This document shows, piece after piece, positions 49,152 to 59,091 of a stretch of 64,000 nucleotides of DNA. The stretch is from an uncultured Candidatus Saccharibacteria bacterium (GTDB taxonomy: Bacteria; Patescibacteriota; Minisyncoccia; Portnoybacterales; UBA2143), in the NCBI GenBank assembly GCA_964472495.1, contig CAYYLD010000001.1:21294-85293 (forward strand). Reading direction: 5' to 3'. The translations under genes and the position numbers were made by a program. The notes beneath the pieces are model-generated. The model was not told the DNA's origin and searched no databases. It was given only the letters and a program-made list of their open reading frames with translations. Each line of letters opens with the position of its first letter. Within the stretch, counting starts at the first letter, position 1.

Positions 49152-50273
49152 TTACAGATAATAAATAATCTGGTAAATAATACCGAGGGCTAAGAGTAAA
49201 ATAAGCCCGTAGCTGACAAAAGTCGGCAGTTTCAGAGAATATTCCGGCTGGCGCTGGCCAATTTTTTTAGCTCTTTGATAAATAAAAACCAAAAGGATTC
49301 CATTGAGACCGCCAAAGGTAGCTCCCAAAAAGCCGATAATTGTAATAAAGTCACGTAAATAAAATAAATAGGCCGCCAAAGGAACAGAGCAAGTTAAAAC
49401 CCAGGCCAGATATTTATTAATCCGATAATCATACCAGTAAATCTTTTTTAAAGCTAAACCCAAAACCAAAAAAGAAGTGACCACAGCCAAAAGGCCGAAA
49501 ACAGCTCCCAGAATGATGGTATGATTTTCCAAGGTAACGACTAACCCCTGAATTGCTTCTGATGAGGTTTGCTGGCCAGTCACGCCAACAACGGTTAAAA
49601 TAAAGAGTAAATGGAGAAAGCCCGGCAAAAGAGTTCCCCAAAGAATCGCCTTTTTAAGTAACCGATAATTTCTTTTAAAAATTTCTCTCATTTCCGGAAT
49701 AGCTGTCCAGCCAGTGGCCGCCCAAAGAGTAACTCCGTAAGGCAGAAAAAAATAGGTCCAATTCCAAGTAGTTAAATTAGTCAATTTTATGGCTGGCCAT
49801 CCTTTAACAAAGATTAAAAGAACAACAATTATCAGAAACAAACTCATAACAATTTCTATTTGAGCAATTACCCTTAAGCCGAAAAAGATGGCCGAAGCAC
49901 AGACGGCGAAAAAAATTAAACTCCAAAAAAAATCAGAACCGCCAAAAATAGTTGCTAAAAATTTCCCGCCGACAATTATATAGGCCAGTAAGGCACCATA
50001 AAAAACAAAGACGGAAGTAAGAGCAGCTATTTTTCTTCCCCATCTGCCTAAGTATAGTTGGGCATAGCCAACGAAACGATGCTTGCCCGGCGTCCGTAAA
50101 ACAATTTCCCCATAAAATAAATGGAGCAGCAGGACCGCCCCAGTTAAAACAAACAAAAAAAGTAGACCGATTGAAAAACCGGACTTAGCCACTACATAAG
50201 GAACGCCAAAAATTCCCACGCCAACGACCGTACCGATTAAGGTAGCCGTGGCATAGTAGAAATTTCTATTCAT
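49152..50273 (-). CDS. amino acid permease (aromatic amino acid transporter-like)
   Basis: GTVVGVGIFGVPY; about 11 TM segments; TSF motif. Confidence 0.87.
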   Translation of the reverse strand: MNRNFYYATATLIGTVVGVGIFGVPYVVAKSGFSIGLLFLFVLTGAVLLLHLFYGEIVLRTPGKHRFVGYAQLYLGRWGRKIAALTSVFVFYGALLAYIIVGGKFLATIFGGSDFFWSLIFFAVCASAIFFGLRVIAQIEIVMSLFLIIVVLLIFVKGWPAIKLTNLTTWNWTYFFLPYGVTLWAATGWTAIPEMREIFKRNYRLLKKAILWGTLLPGFLHLLFILTVVGVTGQQTSSEAIQGLVVTLENHTIILGAVFGLLAVVTSFLVLGLALKKIYWYDYRINKYLAWVLTCSVPLAAYLFYLRDFITIIGFLGATFGGLNGILLVFIYQRAKKIGQRQPEYSLKLPTFVSYGLILLLALGIIYQIIYYL

Positions 50274-50282
50274 TGAAGGTTT

Positions 50283-50558
50283 TTAATAATAAGTAGGTAA
50301 ATAACCCCGGGCAGTTAACCAGTTGACTAAATAGGAGTAAATTATCCCCCAAACAATAGCCACGACCAAAATAATCTTGGCTTCTTTTTTCATCTCTGGT
50401 TCAGTCCAAAAAGCCAGACCCAAAATTAGACCAGCAAAAATGGGATTGACAATGGTAATAATAATACCCAGCCAAAACCACTTTTTGCGAGAAGAAAGAG
50501 CAATTTTTTCTTTGCCAGAAGCATCGGCTAATGGGGAAAGAGATGTTCCCTGGTTCAT
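50283..50558 (-). CDS. small hypothetical membrane protein
   Basis: 91 aa, 2-3 TM segments, in operon. Confidence 0.65.
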   Translation of the reverse strand: MNQGTSLSPLADASGKEKIALSSRKKWFWLGIIITIVNPIFAGLILGLAFWTEPEMKKEAKIILVVAIVWGIIYSYLVNWLTARGYLPTYY

Positions 50559-50569
50559 TATTTTTTCCT

Positions 50570-50989
50570 TTATTTAATATGACTTTTTATTTCCCCGGCA
50601 ATTTGTTTCATTCTTCGCTCGGTTATTTTCTTGACATTCTCAAAAACAACCCCGCCGCCGTGACCGTCGTTTTCAAACCGAGGAATCAGCCAAACATGAG
50701 CGTGAGGAATACTTTCGCCGATTACTACGGAAACTAAAAAATCAGTCTTTAATGCTTTACGGACAGCTTTAGCTATTTTACCAACTACTTGGTAATACTG
50801 GCTAAGATTAGGCGACCTCCGTCTGTCCAGAGGCATATCCCAAACCCAACGAAAATGTTTTTTAGGAATAACTAAAGTATGCCCTGGATTAAGCGGTGTA
50901 ATTGACAAAAAAGCTAAATAATTTTTATCCTCGTATACCCGATAACCGGGCAATCGACCGGCGACGATTTTGCAAAAAACGCAATCCAT
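50570..50989 (-). CDS. HIT family hydrolase
   Basis: CVFCKI, PGHTLVIPK, PHAHVWLIPR. Confidence 0.93.
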   Translation of the reverse strand: MDCVFCKIVAGRLPGYRVYEDKNYLAFLSITPLNPGHTLVIPKKHFRWVWDMPLDRRRSPNLSQYYQVVGKIAKAVRKALKTDFLVSVVIGESIPHAHVWLIPRFENDGHGGGVVFENVKKITERRMKQIAGEIKSHIK

Positions 50990-50997
50990 AAATTTGA

Positions 50998-52323
50998 CTA
51001 TTTCCTAATTCTCTTTTTCACTTCTTTAATCACTCTAGTCAAGGGAACCGTCTCTTGAACTCCGGAAGTCATTTCTTTAATGATGATTGTTTCATCCAAG
51101 GCCTCTTTTTGACCCAAAATTAAGGTGAAACGGGCATTGAGCTTATCGGCTGTTTTTAATTGGGCTTTAATCGTATCGCGACTAAAAGAACTAGCCACCT
51201 CTAAGCCGGCCTGTCTCAATTCCTCAAATAGTTTAAGGGATTTTTTCTTGGCTAAATCACCTAATTGAATCAGAAAAATTAAGGGCCTTTTCCGTTGAGG
51301 GATTTTAATATCCCTTTCTTTAATCAAATCAACTATTCTGTCCAAGCCAATAGCAAAGCCAACCGCCGGCGTGTCCTTACCGCCTAGAAGTTTAATCAAA
51401 CCATCGTAGCGGCCGCCGCCGGCTAAAGCAATTTGGCGACCTTCTTCTCCTTCGGGCCAGATTTCAAAGACGGTCTTGGTATAATAGTCCAAGCCGCGAA
51501 CCAAACAGGGATTAAGAATATAGGGAATATTAATCTCATCTAAAAATTCCAAAACGCTCTTGAAATGGTTATGACAATCATCGCATAACTGGTCAATAAT
51601 TTGAGGCGCTTCTTGAGCCACTCGTTGGCACTTGCTCTCCTGACAATCTAACAACCTTAAGGGATTTTGCTTCAATCGTTTCTGGCAATTAGGGCAAAGT
51701 TCTTTTTTACGATTTCTATAAAAATTAACCAGTTTCTTCCGGTAAGCTGGCCGACAGACAGGACAACCGATACTGTTAATCTGAACGGTTAAATTTTTTA
51801 GAGACAATTCCCGGCTAATCGAAAAGAATAACTGGATTAATTGAGCATCAAGAACGGCTTCCTTCTCGCCAATAATTTCAAAATTGGCCTGATAAGATTG
51901 TCGATAACGCCCCTTCTGCGGTCTTTCATAACGAAAAATCGGCCCGATGCTGTAGAGTCTGATTGGATGAGGCAAACTGGACAGGCCACTTTCCAAATAA
52001 GCTCGCATAATGGCCGGGGTAAATTCCGGTCGTAAAGCCAAATACTCACCGCCCCTTGTTCTCAAGATATACATCTCTTTATCAATAATATCAGTGTTAG
52101 GACCGGTCCCCTTAATAAACAGATTGGATTCTTCCAGAATAGGTGTATCCAGACGTTCAAACCCATAAGCTCGGCCTAAATCTTTAATCACCTGTCTGAT
52201 TTTTTCCCAATAGAGCTGGTCAACCGGCAGGATGTCACGCATCCCCCTGACCGCCTGAAAGGTTTTCTTGCCACGCTTAGGCTTGATTTTCTTAATTTGT
52301 TTTTTTTTGACTCTAATTGACAT
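50998..52323 (-). CDS. hisS: histidine--tRNA ligase
   Basis: LRPEFT, FRYERPQKGRYRQ, LVRGLDYY, GGGRYD. Confidence 0.98.
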   Translation of the reverse strand: MSIRVKKKQIKKIKPKRGKKTFQAVRGMRDILPVDQLYWEKIRQVIKDLGRAYGFERLDTPILEESNLFIKGTGPNTDIIDKEMYILRTRGGEYLALRPEFTPAIMRAYLESGLSSLPHPIRLYSIGPIFRYERPQKGRYRQSYQANFEIIGEKEAVLDAQLIQLFFSISRELSLKNLTVQINSIGCPVCRPAYRKKLVNFYRNRKKELCPNCQKRLKQNPLRLLDCQESKCQRVAQEAPQIIDQLCDDCHNHFKSVLEFLDEINIPYILNPCLVRGLDYYTKTVFEIWPEGEEGRQIALAGGGRYDGLIKLLGGKDTPAVGFAIGLDRIVDLIKERDIKIPQRKRPLIFLIQLGDLAKKKSLKLFEELRQAGLEVASSFSRDTIKAQLKTADKLNARFTLILGQKEALDETIIIKEMTSGVQETVPLTRVIKEVKKRIRK

Positions 52324-52324
52324 T

Positions 52325-52861
52325 TTAAAAAACGGTTAATTGGTCAAAAGGCCAAGCCCGTAACCAAACCCGGCCGATAATATTCTCTTTATTTAGGATG
52401 CCCCATTGACGAGAATCGGAGCTGGCTGAACGATTATCTCCCAAAACGAAATATTCATCCGAACCCAATTCTATTTTGGTTTTGCCCCAAGTGATAACGC
52501 CAGCGACCAAATAATTAGATTCATCTAATATTTTTCCCTGCGGCTCAGCCTGATTGTAGATAATAACCTGACCATCCCTTATCTCGACTGTTTCGCCTGG
52601 TAAGCCGACGATTCTTTTAATATAATACTGGGAAGGGTCTAAGGGATATCTAAAAACGACCACTTCGCCTCGCTGCGGTTCGCCTAATCGATAGCTAATT
52701 TCGTCAACGACCAGATACTGACCATTATCAAAATTAGGTGTCATTGAAGCGCCGCGAACAAAAAATGGTTGAATTAAAAAATAGCGGACCGGGATGATAA
52801 TAGCCAAAGAGATACTGACTATCTTGACTATCTCCCAAATAAAAAGAATTATCTTTCTCAT
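52325..52861 (-). CDS. lepB: signal peptidase I
   Basis: GASMTPN, YIKRIVGLPGE, GDNRSASSDSR. Confidence 0.96.
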   Translation of the reverse strand: MRKIILFIWEIVKIVSISLAIIIPVRYFLIQPFFVRGASMTPNFDNGQYLVVDEISYRLGEPQRGEVVVFRYPLDPSQYYIKRIVGLPGETVEIRDGQVIIYNQAEPQGKILDESNYLVAGVITWGKTKIELGSDEYFVLGDNRSASSDSRQWGILNKENIIGRVWLRAWPFDQLTVF

Positions 52862-52920
52862 AGTATTTTGATTCTAACCCATTTCTCAAAGAAAATCAAA
52901 TCTGATATACTGTATTAGTA

Positions 52921-53976
52921 ATGACTAAATTTTTAAAAACGGTCGGTTTAACTTTATTAATTCTAGCAGGGGTATTTTTACTTATTCAGTTCATTCCTGC
53001 TTCTTCAATAGAAATTTCTTCCGAAGGGGAAAAAGTCGCTCCCAAGAAAGAAACTAGTATCTTCAAGACTATTTCTTCGTTAGTTCTAAATGGAAAAAGC
53101 CAAGCTAATCAGCAAAATATTCTTCTGCTTGGCCAGCCGGGACCGGGCTATCTAGCGGCTAACTTAACGGATACAATTATCTTAGTTCATCTGGACCCAG
53201 AAGAATCCGCCAAAGACGGACCTCCGCCAGAGGCGGATGCGCCTCTGGAGCACGCCGCTGGCGGGAAATTAGTTTTAATTTCTTTACCGCGTGATTTACT
53301 GGTCAAGATTCCTCAGCAAGGAGGTCTGACTAAAATCAACTCTCTTTACTCTTTGGTCGGTATTGAAGGATTGAAGGAGAAAATAAGCGAAATTACCGGC
53401 CTAAACATTGACCATTATCTTTTAGTTGACTTGACCGTAGTTGAAAAAGTGATTGGTTTAGTTGGCGGACTTAATGTTTACGTCCCCGAAGATATCGCCG
53501 ACCCTTATTTCCCTGGCCCTAATTATACTTATCAGGTCTTTAATTTAGCGGCTGGCTGGCGTTATTTAGACGGTCAAACTGCTCTTAAATATATCCGGAC
53601 TCGCTATACTTCACCTAACGGCGACTTTGACCGAATGGCCCGCCAACAGCAGATTATTCGTTTACTCAAACAAAAAGTCCTGGCCCTCAATCCCTTATGG
53701 GACTGGCCTACTTACTTGAAAATTTTCCAGCAGTTGAAAAGTCATTTGCAAACCGACCTTGGTTTGATGGAAATGAAAAATCTTTATCAGACGGTCAAAG
53801 AGATAAAAGTAGAACGAATAAACCATTTAGTCATTGATAAAAAACAAACTGATTTATTGACTGGCGGATTAGTCCCTCTCGGCCAACAAACGGCTTCGGT
53901 TGTCTACCCCACAGCCGGCCAAGGAGATTATACCCAAATCAGAGACTATATTGAGAAGATAATAAATGAAGATTAG
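52921..53976 (+). CDS. LCP (LytR-CpsA-Psr) family protein
   Basis: TDTIIL, SLPRD, KINS, ALKYIRTR, GDFDRMARQQ. Confidence 0.93.
   Translation: MTKFLKTVGLTLLILAGVFLLIQFIPASSIEISSEGEKVAPKKETSIFKTISSLVLNGKSQANQQNILLLGQPGPGYLAANLTDTIILVHLDPEESAKDGPPPEADAPLEHAAGGKLVLISLPRDLLVKIPQQGGLTKINSLYSLVGIEGLKEKISEITGLNIDHYLLVDLTVVEKVIGLVGGLNVYVPEDIADPYFPGPNYTYQVFNLAAGWRYLDGQTALKYIRTRYTSPNGDFDRMARQQQIIRLLKQKVLALNPLWDWPTYLKIFQQLKSHLQTDLGLMEMKNLYQTVKEIKVERINHLVIDKKQTDLLTGGLVPLGQQTASVVYPTAGQGDYTQIRDYIEKIINED
53206..53265. repeat. two nested 30-bp palindromic elements, in frame in the LCP gene
   Basis: TCCGCCAAAGACGGACC[TCCGCCAGAGGCGGATGCGCCTCTGGAGCA]CGCCGCTGGCGGG encodes SAKDGPPPEADAPLEHAAGG. Confidence 0.75.
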
Positions 53977-54174
53977 TGAAGATATACCTAATTCATTTTG
54001 AAAACATAGTGGAGAATTTTAGAAAATTAAGTCATTCTTAAGACAAAAATAACTGTCGGAAAACTCGCCCATAGGGCGAGGTAAACGAAACAGCGCTAAG
54101 TTTTTGCCGAAGAAAATGACTCTAATTTTCAAAATTCGGAGCTCCGTTTGAGAAATGAATCAGGCATACCTTCA
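53977..54174. repeat. MITE-like long imperfect hairpin
   Basis: 22-bp terminal IR (19/22); internal arms; central CTCGCCC-ATA-GGGCGAG. Confidence 0.7.
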
Positions 54175-54189
54175 AATGCTTATCAATTT

Positions 54190-54720
54190 ATGAAACTAAT
54201 TGTTGGCTTAGGCAATCCGGGAACTAAATATGGAAAAACCCGCCATAATTTTGGCTGGCGGGTTATTAATCAACTCCGCGAGCAATTAAAACTGACTGAT
54301 TGGCGTCCGGCCAAAAATTTCAAAAGTTCAATCTGTCAAGGAAATTTTAACCGTCAAAAAATTATCTTAGTCAAACCGGAAACCCTAATGAATAATTCTG
54401 GCTTAGCGGTTAAAAAGATAGCTAATTATTATCGGATTCCTACTGAAGAAATTTTAGCTATCCATGATGACATTGATTTACCTTTAGGCCAAATCAAAAT
54501 CCAGCAAAGTCGGGGAGCGGCTGGCCATAAAGGAGTTCAGTCAATTATTAATCATTTGGGCAGCAAAGATTTTATTCGAATGAGAATGGGCATCAGGCCG
54601 GCTCAAGCTGAAAATATTGATACCGAAAAATTTGTCCTGGAAAAATTCACTAACCAAGAGGAAAAAATCGTCCGAGCGACAATAGAAAAGGCCGCTCGTT
54701 TAATCAGAGCGGCTCTGTAG
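54190..54720 (+). CDS. pth: peptidyl-tRNA hydrolase
   Basis: MKLIVGLGNPG, TRHNFG, KPETLMNNSG, HDDID, GHKG. Confidence 0.97.
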   Translation: MKLIVGLGNPGTKYGKTRHNFGWRVINQLREQLKLTDWRPAKNFKSSICQGNFNRQKIILVKPETLMNNSGLAVKKIANYYRIPTEEILAIHDDIDLPLGQIKIQQSRGAAGHKGVQSIINHLGSKDFIRMRMGIRPAQAENIDTEKFVLEKFTNQEEKIVRATIEKAARLIRAAL

Positions 54721-54730
54721 TGCTCTTTGG

Positions 54731-54967
54731 TCAAATTTTGAGACCGAGTAGTTTTCTTCTTTTCTTTTCCCGTTTCGGAAGAGCCGGCGAGCAGCGCTCA
54801 TAAAGAAACCTTGCTATGATAGTTAAAAGCAGAAGGACTAGCCCGATTGTATAGCTGATTGCCCAATCAGAAAAATTAGAAAATTCGTCCAAATAGATTG
54901 AATACGAAATAGATAGACCAGCCAAAACAAAAAGAATAACATAAACTACCTTTAAAGTTTTTTTCAT
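54731..54967 (-). CDS. small two-TM hypothetical protein
   Basis: 78 aa, two hydrophobic helices, basic tail. Confidence 0.6.
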   Translation of the reverse strand: MKKTLKVVYVILFVLAGLSISYSIYLDEFSNFSDWAISYTIGLVLLLLTIIARFLYERCSPALPKREKKRRKLLGLKI

Positions 54968-55011
54968 CCATTTTTCCTTTATTTATAGATTGTTAAAAAT
55001 CTAAAAAATAT

Positions 55012-55151
55012 TTAATCTACACAAGCCTACCTAGGAGCGTTAGGGACAAATTCACAAAAGCGAATCATCCCTAATACTTAGGCCTCACTGAACTTTTAGG
55101 AGGGATTAGCCCAGTTACCGGCCACTCGCTAGGCAGGCCTCTGTAGATTAA
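55012..55151 (-). ncRNA. candidate structured RNA or 5' leader (multi-branch)
   Basis: Closing stems TTAATCTACA/TGTAGATTAA and GCCTGCCTAG/CTAGGTAGGC; inner hairpins; TTGACA-N16-TATACT immediately upstream on the minus strand. Confidence 0.5.
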
Positions 55152-55172
55152 TTCTGCTAATAGTATACCAAA

Positions 55173-56312
55173 ATGACAGAATTTGTCAAGGATGAAGTCT
55201 TGGAACAAAATAAGTCAAAAATTGGTCAAGCTAAATATTTTAATGCCTTTAACTTAATTGACGGGCTCGGTCCGATCGGCTTCAAAAAACTGTTAGCTTA
55301 TTTTACTTCCCTGGCCGAGGCCTGGTCAGCCGAAATTAGTCAATTTAGGCAAGCCGGCTTAGCCTCTTTGGTTATTGAACAAATCAGAAAACAGCGACGA
55401 TTGATTAATCCCGATGAGGAAATGGAAAAATTAACCAGAGAAGGAATTGACTTAATAACTATCTTAGATAAAAATTATCCTCGCCTTCTCAAAGAAATAT
55501 ACAATCCGCCAGCCCTGCTCTATCTTAAAGGCAAATTTAGCCCTCAAGATGAGTTCAGTTTAGCCATTGTCGGCACCAGAAGGTCTTCGCTTTACGGCCA
55601 ACAAATTACTCCTTTAATCACGGCGGACTTAGCTCAAACCGGCCTGACCATTGTCAGTGGCCTGGCCAAAGGAATTGATACTTTAGCTCATCAAGCCGCT
55701 TTAGCCGCTAACGGCCGGACCATAGCCGTTTTAGGGTCAGGTTTAGATAAAAAAAGTATTTATCCTTTTATTAATCGTCGCTTAGCTGAAGAGATTAGCC
55801 AACAAGGAGTGATTGTCAGTGAGTTTCCTACAGGGACTCAACCTCTAGCTCAGCATTTTCCTCAGCGCAACCGGATTATCGCTGGTTTAAGCTTAGGCGT
55901 TTTAGTCATTGAGGCGCCTGAAAAAAGCGGCGCCCTGATTACGGCCCGCGATGCTCTGGAACAAAATAGAGAAGTTTTTGCCATTCCTGGACCTGTTTCA
56001 TCAGAAAATTCCTTAGGACCTAATAATTTAATCAAAATGGGAGCTAAATTAGTCAGTCAAGCTAATGACATCTTAGAAGAACTTAATTTAACTCTCTTAA
56101 CCCAATCAGACCGGCAAAGTAAAGAAGTTGTTCCTGATAATCAAGAAGAGGCCTCAATTTTGGCACAGCTTTCTAATGAGCCAGTTCATATTGACAAAAT
56201 CATTAATCAAACTAAACTACCAACAGCCGTCATTAATTCAACCTTAATTTTAATGGAAATGAAAGGTAAGGTTAGAAATTTAGGCGGTCATAATTATATT
56301 TTAGGTTTATGA
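55173..56312 (+). CDS. dprA: DNA-processing protein DprA
   Basis: AIVGTR, SGLAKGID, HFPQRNRII, SGALITA. Confidence 0.96.
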   Translation: MTEFVKDEVLEQNKSKIGQAKYFNAFNLIDGLGPIGFKKLLAYFTSLAEAWSAEISQFRQAGLASLVIEQIRKQRRLINPDEEMEKLTREGIDLITILDKNYPRLLKEIYNPPALLYLKGKFSPQDEFSLAIVGTRRSSLYGQQITPLITADLAQTGLTIVSGLAKGIDTLAHQAALAANGRTIAVLGSGLDKKSIYPFINRRLAEEISQQGVIVSEFPTGTQPLAQHFPQRNRIIAGLSLGVLVIEAPEKSGALITARDALEQNREVFAIPGPVSSENSLGPNNLIKMGAKLVSQANDILEELNLTLLTQSDRQSKEVVPDNQEEASILAQLSNEPVHIDKIINQTKLPTAVINSTLILMEMKGKVRNLGGHNYILGL

Positions 56313-58390
56313 ATTTGATTATCGTTGAATCACCAACCAAGGAGAAAACTATCGCCAAATTTTTAGGTGGCGAATATTCGGTTAAATCATCTTATGGTCA
56401 CATTCGCGATTTGCCCAAAGGAGAATTGGGCGTTGACTTGGAACACAATTTCAAACCGAAATATGTTGTTCCGGTCAAAGCGCGAACGGTGGTCAAAAAA
56501 TTGAAAGAAGCGGCCCAAAAAGCCGAACGAATTATTTTAGCTACTGACGAAGACCGTGAAGGCGAAGCCATCGCCTGGCATATTCTCCAAATTTTAGATT
56601 CAGGTAAAATTAAAAATTACCAGCGAATTGTTTTCCACGAAATCACCAAAAAAGCGATAATTCAGGCCTTAAAAAAGCCAGGGCAAATTGATATTAACTT
56701 AGTCAATGCCCAACAGGCCCGACGTATTTTGGACAGATTGGTTGGCTATAAGTTATCGCCTTTCCTTTGGAAAAAAGTGGCTAAGGGGTTATCAGCTGGC
56801 CGGGTTCAGTCAGTGACTGTCCGCCTAATTGTTGACCGAGAAAGAGAAATAGAAAAATTCAAGCCGGAAGAATATTGGACCATTGAAGCAAAACTCAAAA
56901 AACAAGACCAGCCTGATGAACTTATCGCCCGTCTAATCAAAAAAGACAATCAGAATATTCTTAAATTAGGCATAAAAAACAACGGCCAGGCAGATAAAAT
57001 ATTAAAAGATTTAAAAGGAGCTGTTTATCAAATAGTTGGTCTAGAAAGCAAAGAATTAAATCGATATCCGGCGCCGCCTTTTACAACCAGCACTCTTCAA
57101 CAGGAAGCGGCCAAGAAATTGGGCTTCTCAGCCAAACAGACCATGCGCTTAGCCCAGCAGCTTTATGAAGGAGTAACCTTGGGCAAAAAGGGTTCGGTTG
57201 GTCTAATTACTTATCACCGCACCGACTCCCTCAATCTTTCCACGGAATCCTTAAAGGCGGCTCAAGAACTGATTAGAAATGATTTTGGTCAAAGATATGC
57301 TTTGGCCAGTCCTAAAATCTATAAAACCAAAAGCAAGGGAGCCCAAGAAGCCCATGAAGCTGTTCGGCCGACCAAAGCTGACCGTCGCCCAGACAAAATT
57401 AAACCATATTTGGATAAAAGACAATATAAGCTCTATGATTTAATCTGGCGGAGATTTATTGCCTGCCAAATGAAGCCGGCTCTTTTGGAAGCGACGAAAG
57501 CTGATATTCAAGCCGATGGCTTAACGGGCTCGCCATATATCTTCCGAGCTACTGGTTCGGTAATTAAATTTGACGGCTTTCTTAAAATTTATCCCCTGAA
57601 ACAAAAAGAATTGATGCTGCCTCCTTTAATTAAAAAAGAAATATTGCAATTAATTAAACTCTTTTCGGAACAGCATTTTACCCAGCCGCCGGCCCGTTAT
57701 AGCGAGGCCTCCTTGGTTAAAACTCTTGAAGAGTACGGTATCGGCCGACCTTCAACTTATGCACCAATTATCAGCACGATTCAGGAACGAAATTACGTTC
57801 AGAAAAATGAGCAAAAGAGATTCGCCCCCACCGAAATCGGTTTTTTGGTCAATGACCTTCTGGTTGAACACTTTTCCAGAATTGTTGATTTTAAATTCAC
57901 TGCCCGGATGGAAAACGATTTAGATAAGATTGCTGCCGGCCAAGCCGAATGGACAACCAAGATTAATGATTTTTACCGGCCCTTCCGGGATAATTTAGCT
58001 AAAAAATACGAAGAGGTAGCCAAGAAAAAAATTGAAGAGCCAACTGATAAAAAATGTCCCCAGTGCGGTCGTCAACTAGTGATTAAATTAGGCCGCTTCG
58101 GTAAATTTTACGCTTGCCCCGGCTTTCCCGAATGCAAATATACCGAACCGATAGTTAATTCCACCGGAGTCAAATGTCCCAAGTGCGGTCAAGGAGAAAT
58201 CGTCGAAAGAAAAACCAAAAAGGGCAAAACCTTTTATTCTTGTTCTCGCTATCCTCAATGCGATTTTGCCTTATGGGACAAACCAACCGGGGAGAAATGC
58301 CCCAAATGCGACTCCCTATTAGTGGAGACAAAAAGCCAGCAGATTAAGTGCAGTAATAAAGAGTGCGATTATAAAAAAAATAGGCCCTGA
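56309..58390 (+). CDS. topA: DNA topoisomerase I with C-terminal zinc ribbons
   Basis: IVESPTK, ATDEDREGE, SAGRVQ, ITYHRTDS, GIGRPSTY. Confidence 0.98.
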   Translation: MNLIIVESPTKEKTIAKFLGGEYSVKSSYGHIRDLPKGELGVDLEHNFKPKYVVPVKARTVVKKLKEAAQKAERIILATDEDREGEAIAWHILQILDSGKIKNYQRIVFHEITKKAIIQALKKPGQIDINLVNAQQARRILDRLVGYKLSPFLWKKVAKGLSAGRVQSVTVRLIVDREREIEKFKPEEYWTIEAKLKKQDQPDELIARLIKKDNQNILKLGIKNNGQADKILKDLKGAVYQIVGLESKELNRYPAPPFTTSTLQQEAAKKLGFSAKQTMRLAQQLYEGVTLGKKGSVGLITYHRTDSLNLSTESLKAAQELIRNDFGQRYALASPKIYKTKSKGAQEAHEAVRPTKADRRPDKIKPYLDKRQYKLYDLIWRRFIACQMKPALLEATKADIQADGLTGSPYIFRATGSVIKFDGFLKIYPLKQKELMLPPLIKKEILQLIKLFSEQHFTQPPARYSEASLVKTLEEYGIGRPSTYAPIISTIQERNYVQKNEQKRFAPTEIGFLVNDLLVEHFSRIVDFKFTARMENDLDKIAAGQAEWTTKINDFYRPFRDNLAKKYEEVAKKKIEEPTDKKCPQCGRQLVIKLGRFGKFYACPGFPECKYTEPIVNSTGVKCPKCGQGEIVERKTKKGKTFYSCSRYPQCDFALWDKPTGEKCPKCDSLLVETKSQQIKCSNKECDYKKNRP

Positions 58391-58452
58391 TTTCTGCTTC
58401 TACGCAAATCAGGGCCGGTGTGGCTAAGAGATAAACCCCTTTCTGTCGATGG

Positions 58453-58974
58453 TTAACAAATTGATACTTGTTCCTTTGAACAGTCCTTGGCATTCTTACT
58501 AAACTCTCCTTCGAGACTTCGTCTCCCATCGTCTAACCCTCCTTTTTTTTGGTCAGGCTCCGGACGTCTCCCGAGGTCATCTTTTATTGCTTGGGAAGCT
58601 AACTCATCTAAATTAGGTAATTCCAAAGCCTGTGATCTTCTTATCCAAAACACTGTCTCGCCTTCGTTGTAGATTGTAATCTCGCCTTTCCGAAGAAGGC
58701 AAGAAAAAACCCAGATGAATTTAGCCTTTTTCCCTGGACTGCTTTTGTTCCTGACAAAAGAATCCAAAACATCAACAATCTTTAAAATTTTTATTCCGGG
58801 CAACTCCTCTTTTGTTTCTCTACGGAGGGTCTTCCTGGGATCGAAATTATCTCTTCCTTTCATATTGCCAGTTGGAATAGTCAATTCATCTCCACGGTCT
58901 ACTATCAAAACCTCGTTCCTGCTGTTCATTATTAAAGCAGCTATTGCCGTTTTTCCTTTCTTTTCGTCTCTCAT
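58453..58974 (-). CDS. NUDIX-domain protein
   Basis: Degenerate Nudix box GNMKG...TLRRETKEEL; AAGGAGG SD. Confidence 0.65.
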   Translation of the reverse strand: MRDEKKGKTAIAALIMNSRNEVLIVDRGDELTIPTGNMKGRDNFDPRKTLRRETKEELPGIKILKIVDVLDSFVRNKSSPGKKAKFIWVFSCLLRKGEITIYNEGETVFWIRRSQALELPNLDELASQAIKDDLGRRPEPDQKKGGLDDGRRSLEGEFSKNAKDCSKEQVSIC

Positions 58975-59091
58975 AATAAAACAACCTCCTTTCCGAAAAA
59001 AGAAGACTTATCTCTTTTGCCTAATTTTAAAGAACTTCTATTCAAATAGTAATCTTTACAGCCATTCTGTCAAGGTATTAAAATTAAAGCT

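Noticed and set aside
54148-54189. N-terminal extension of pth
   Set aside because: Derived from the hairpin element; canonical MKLIVGLGNPG begins at 54190.
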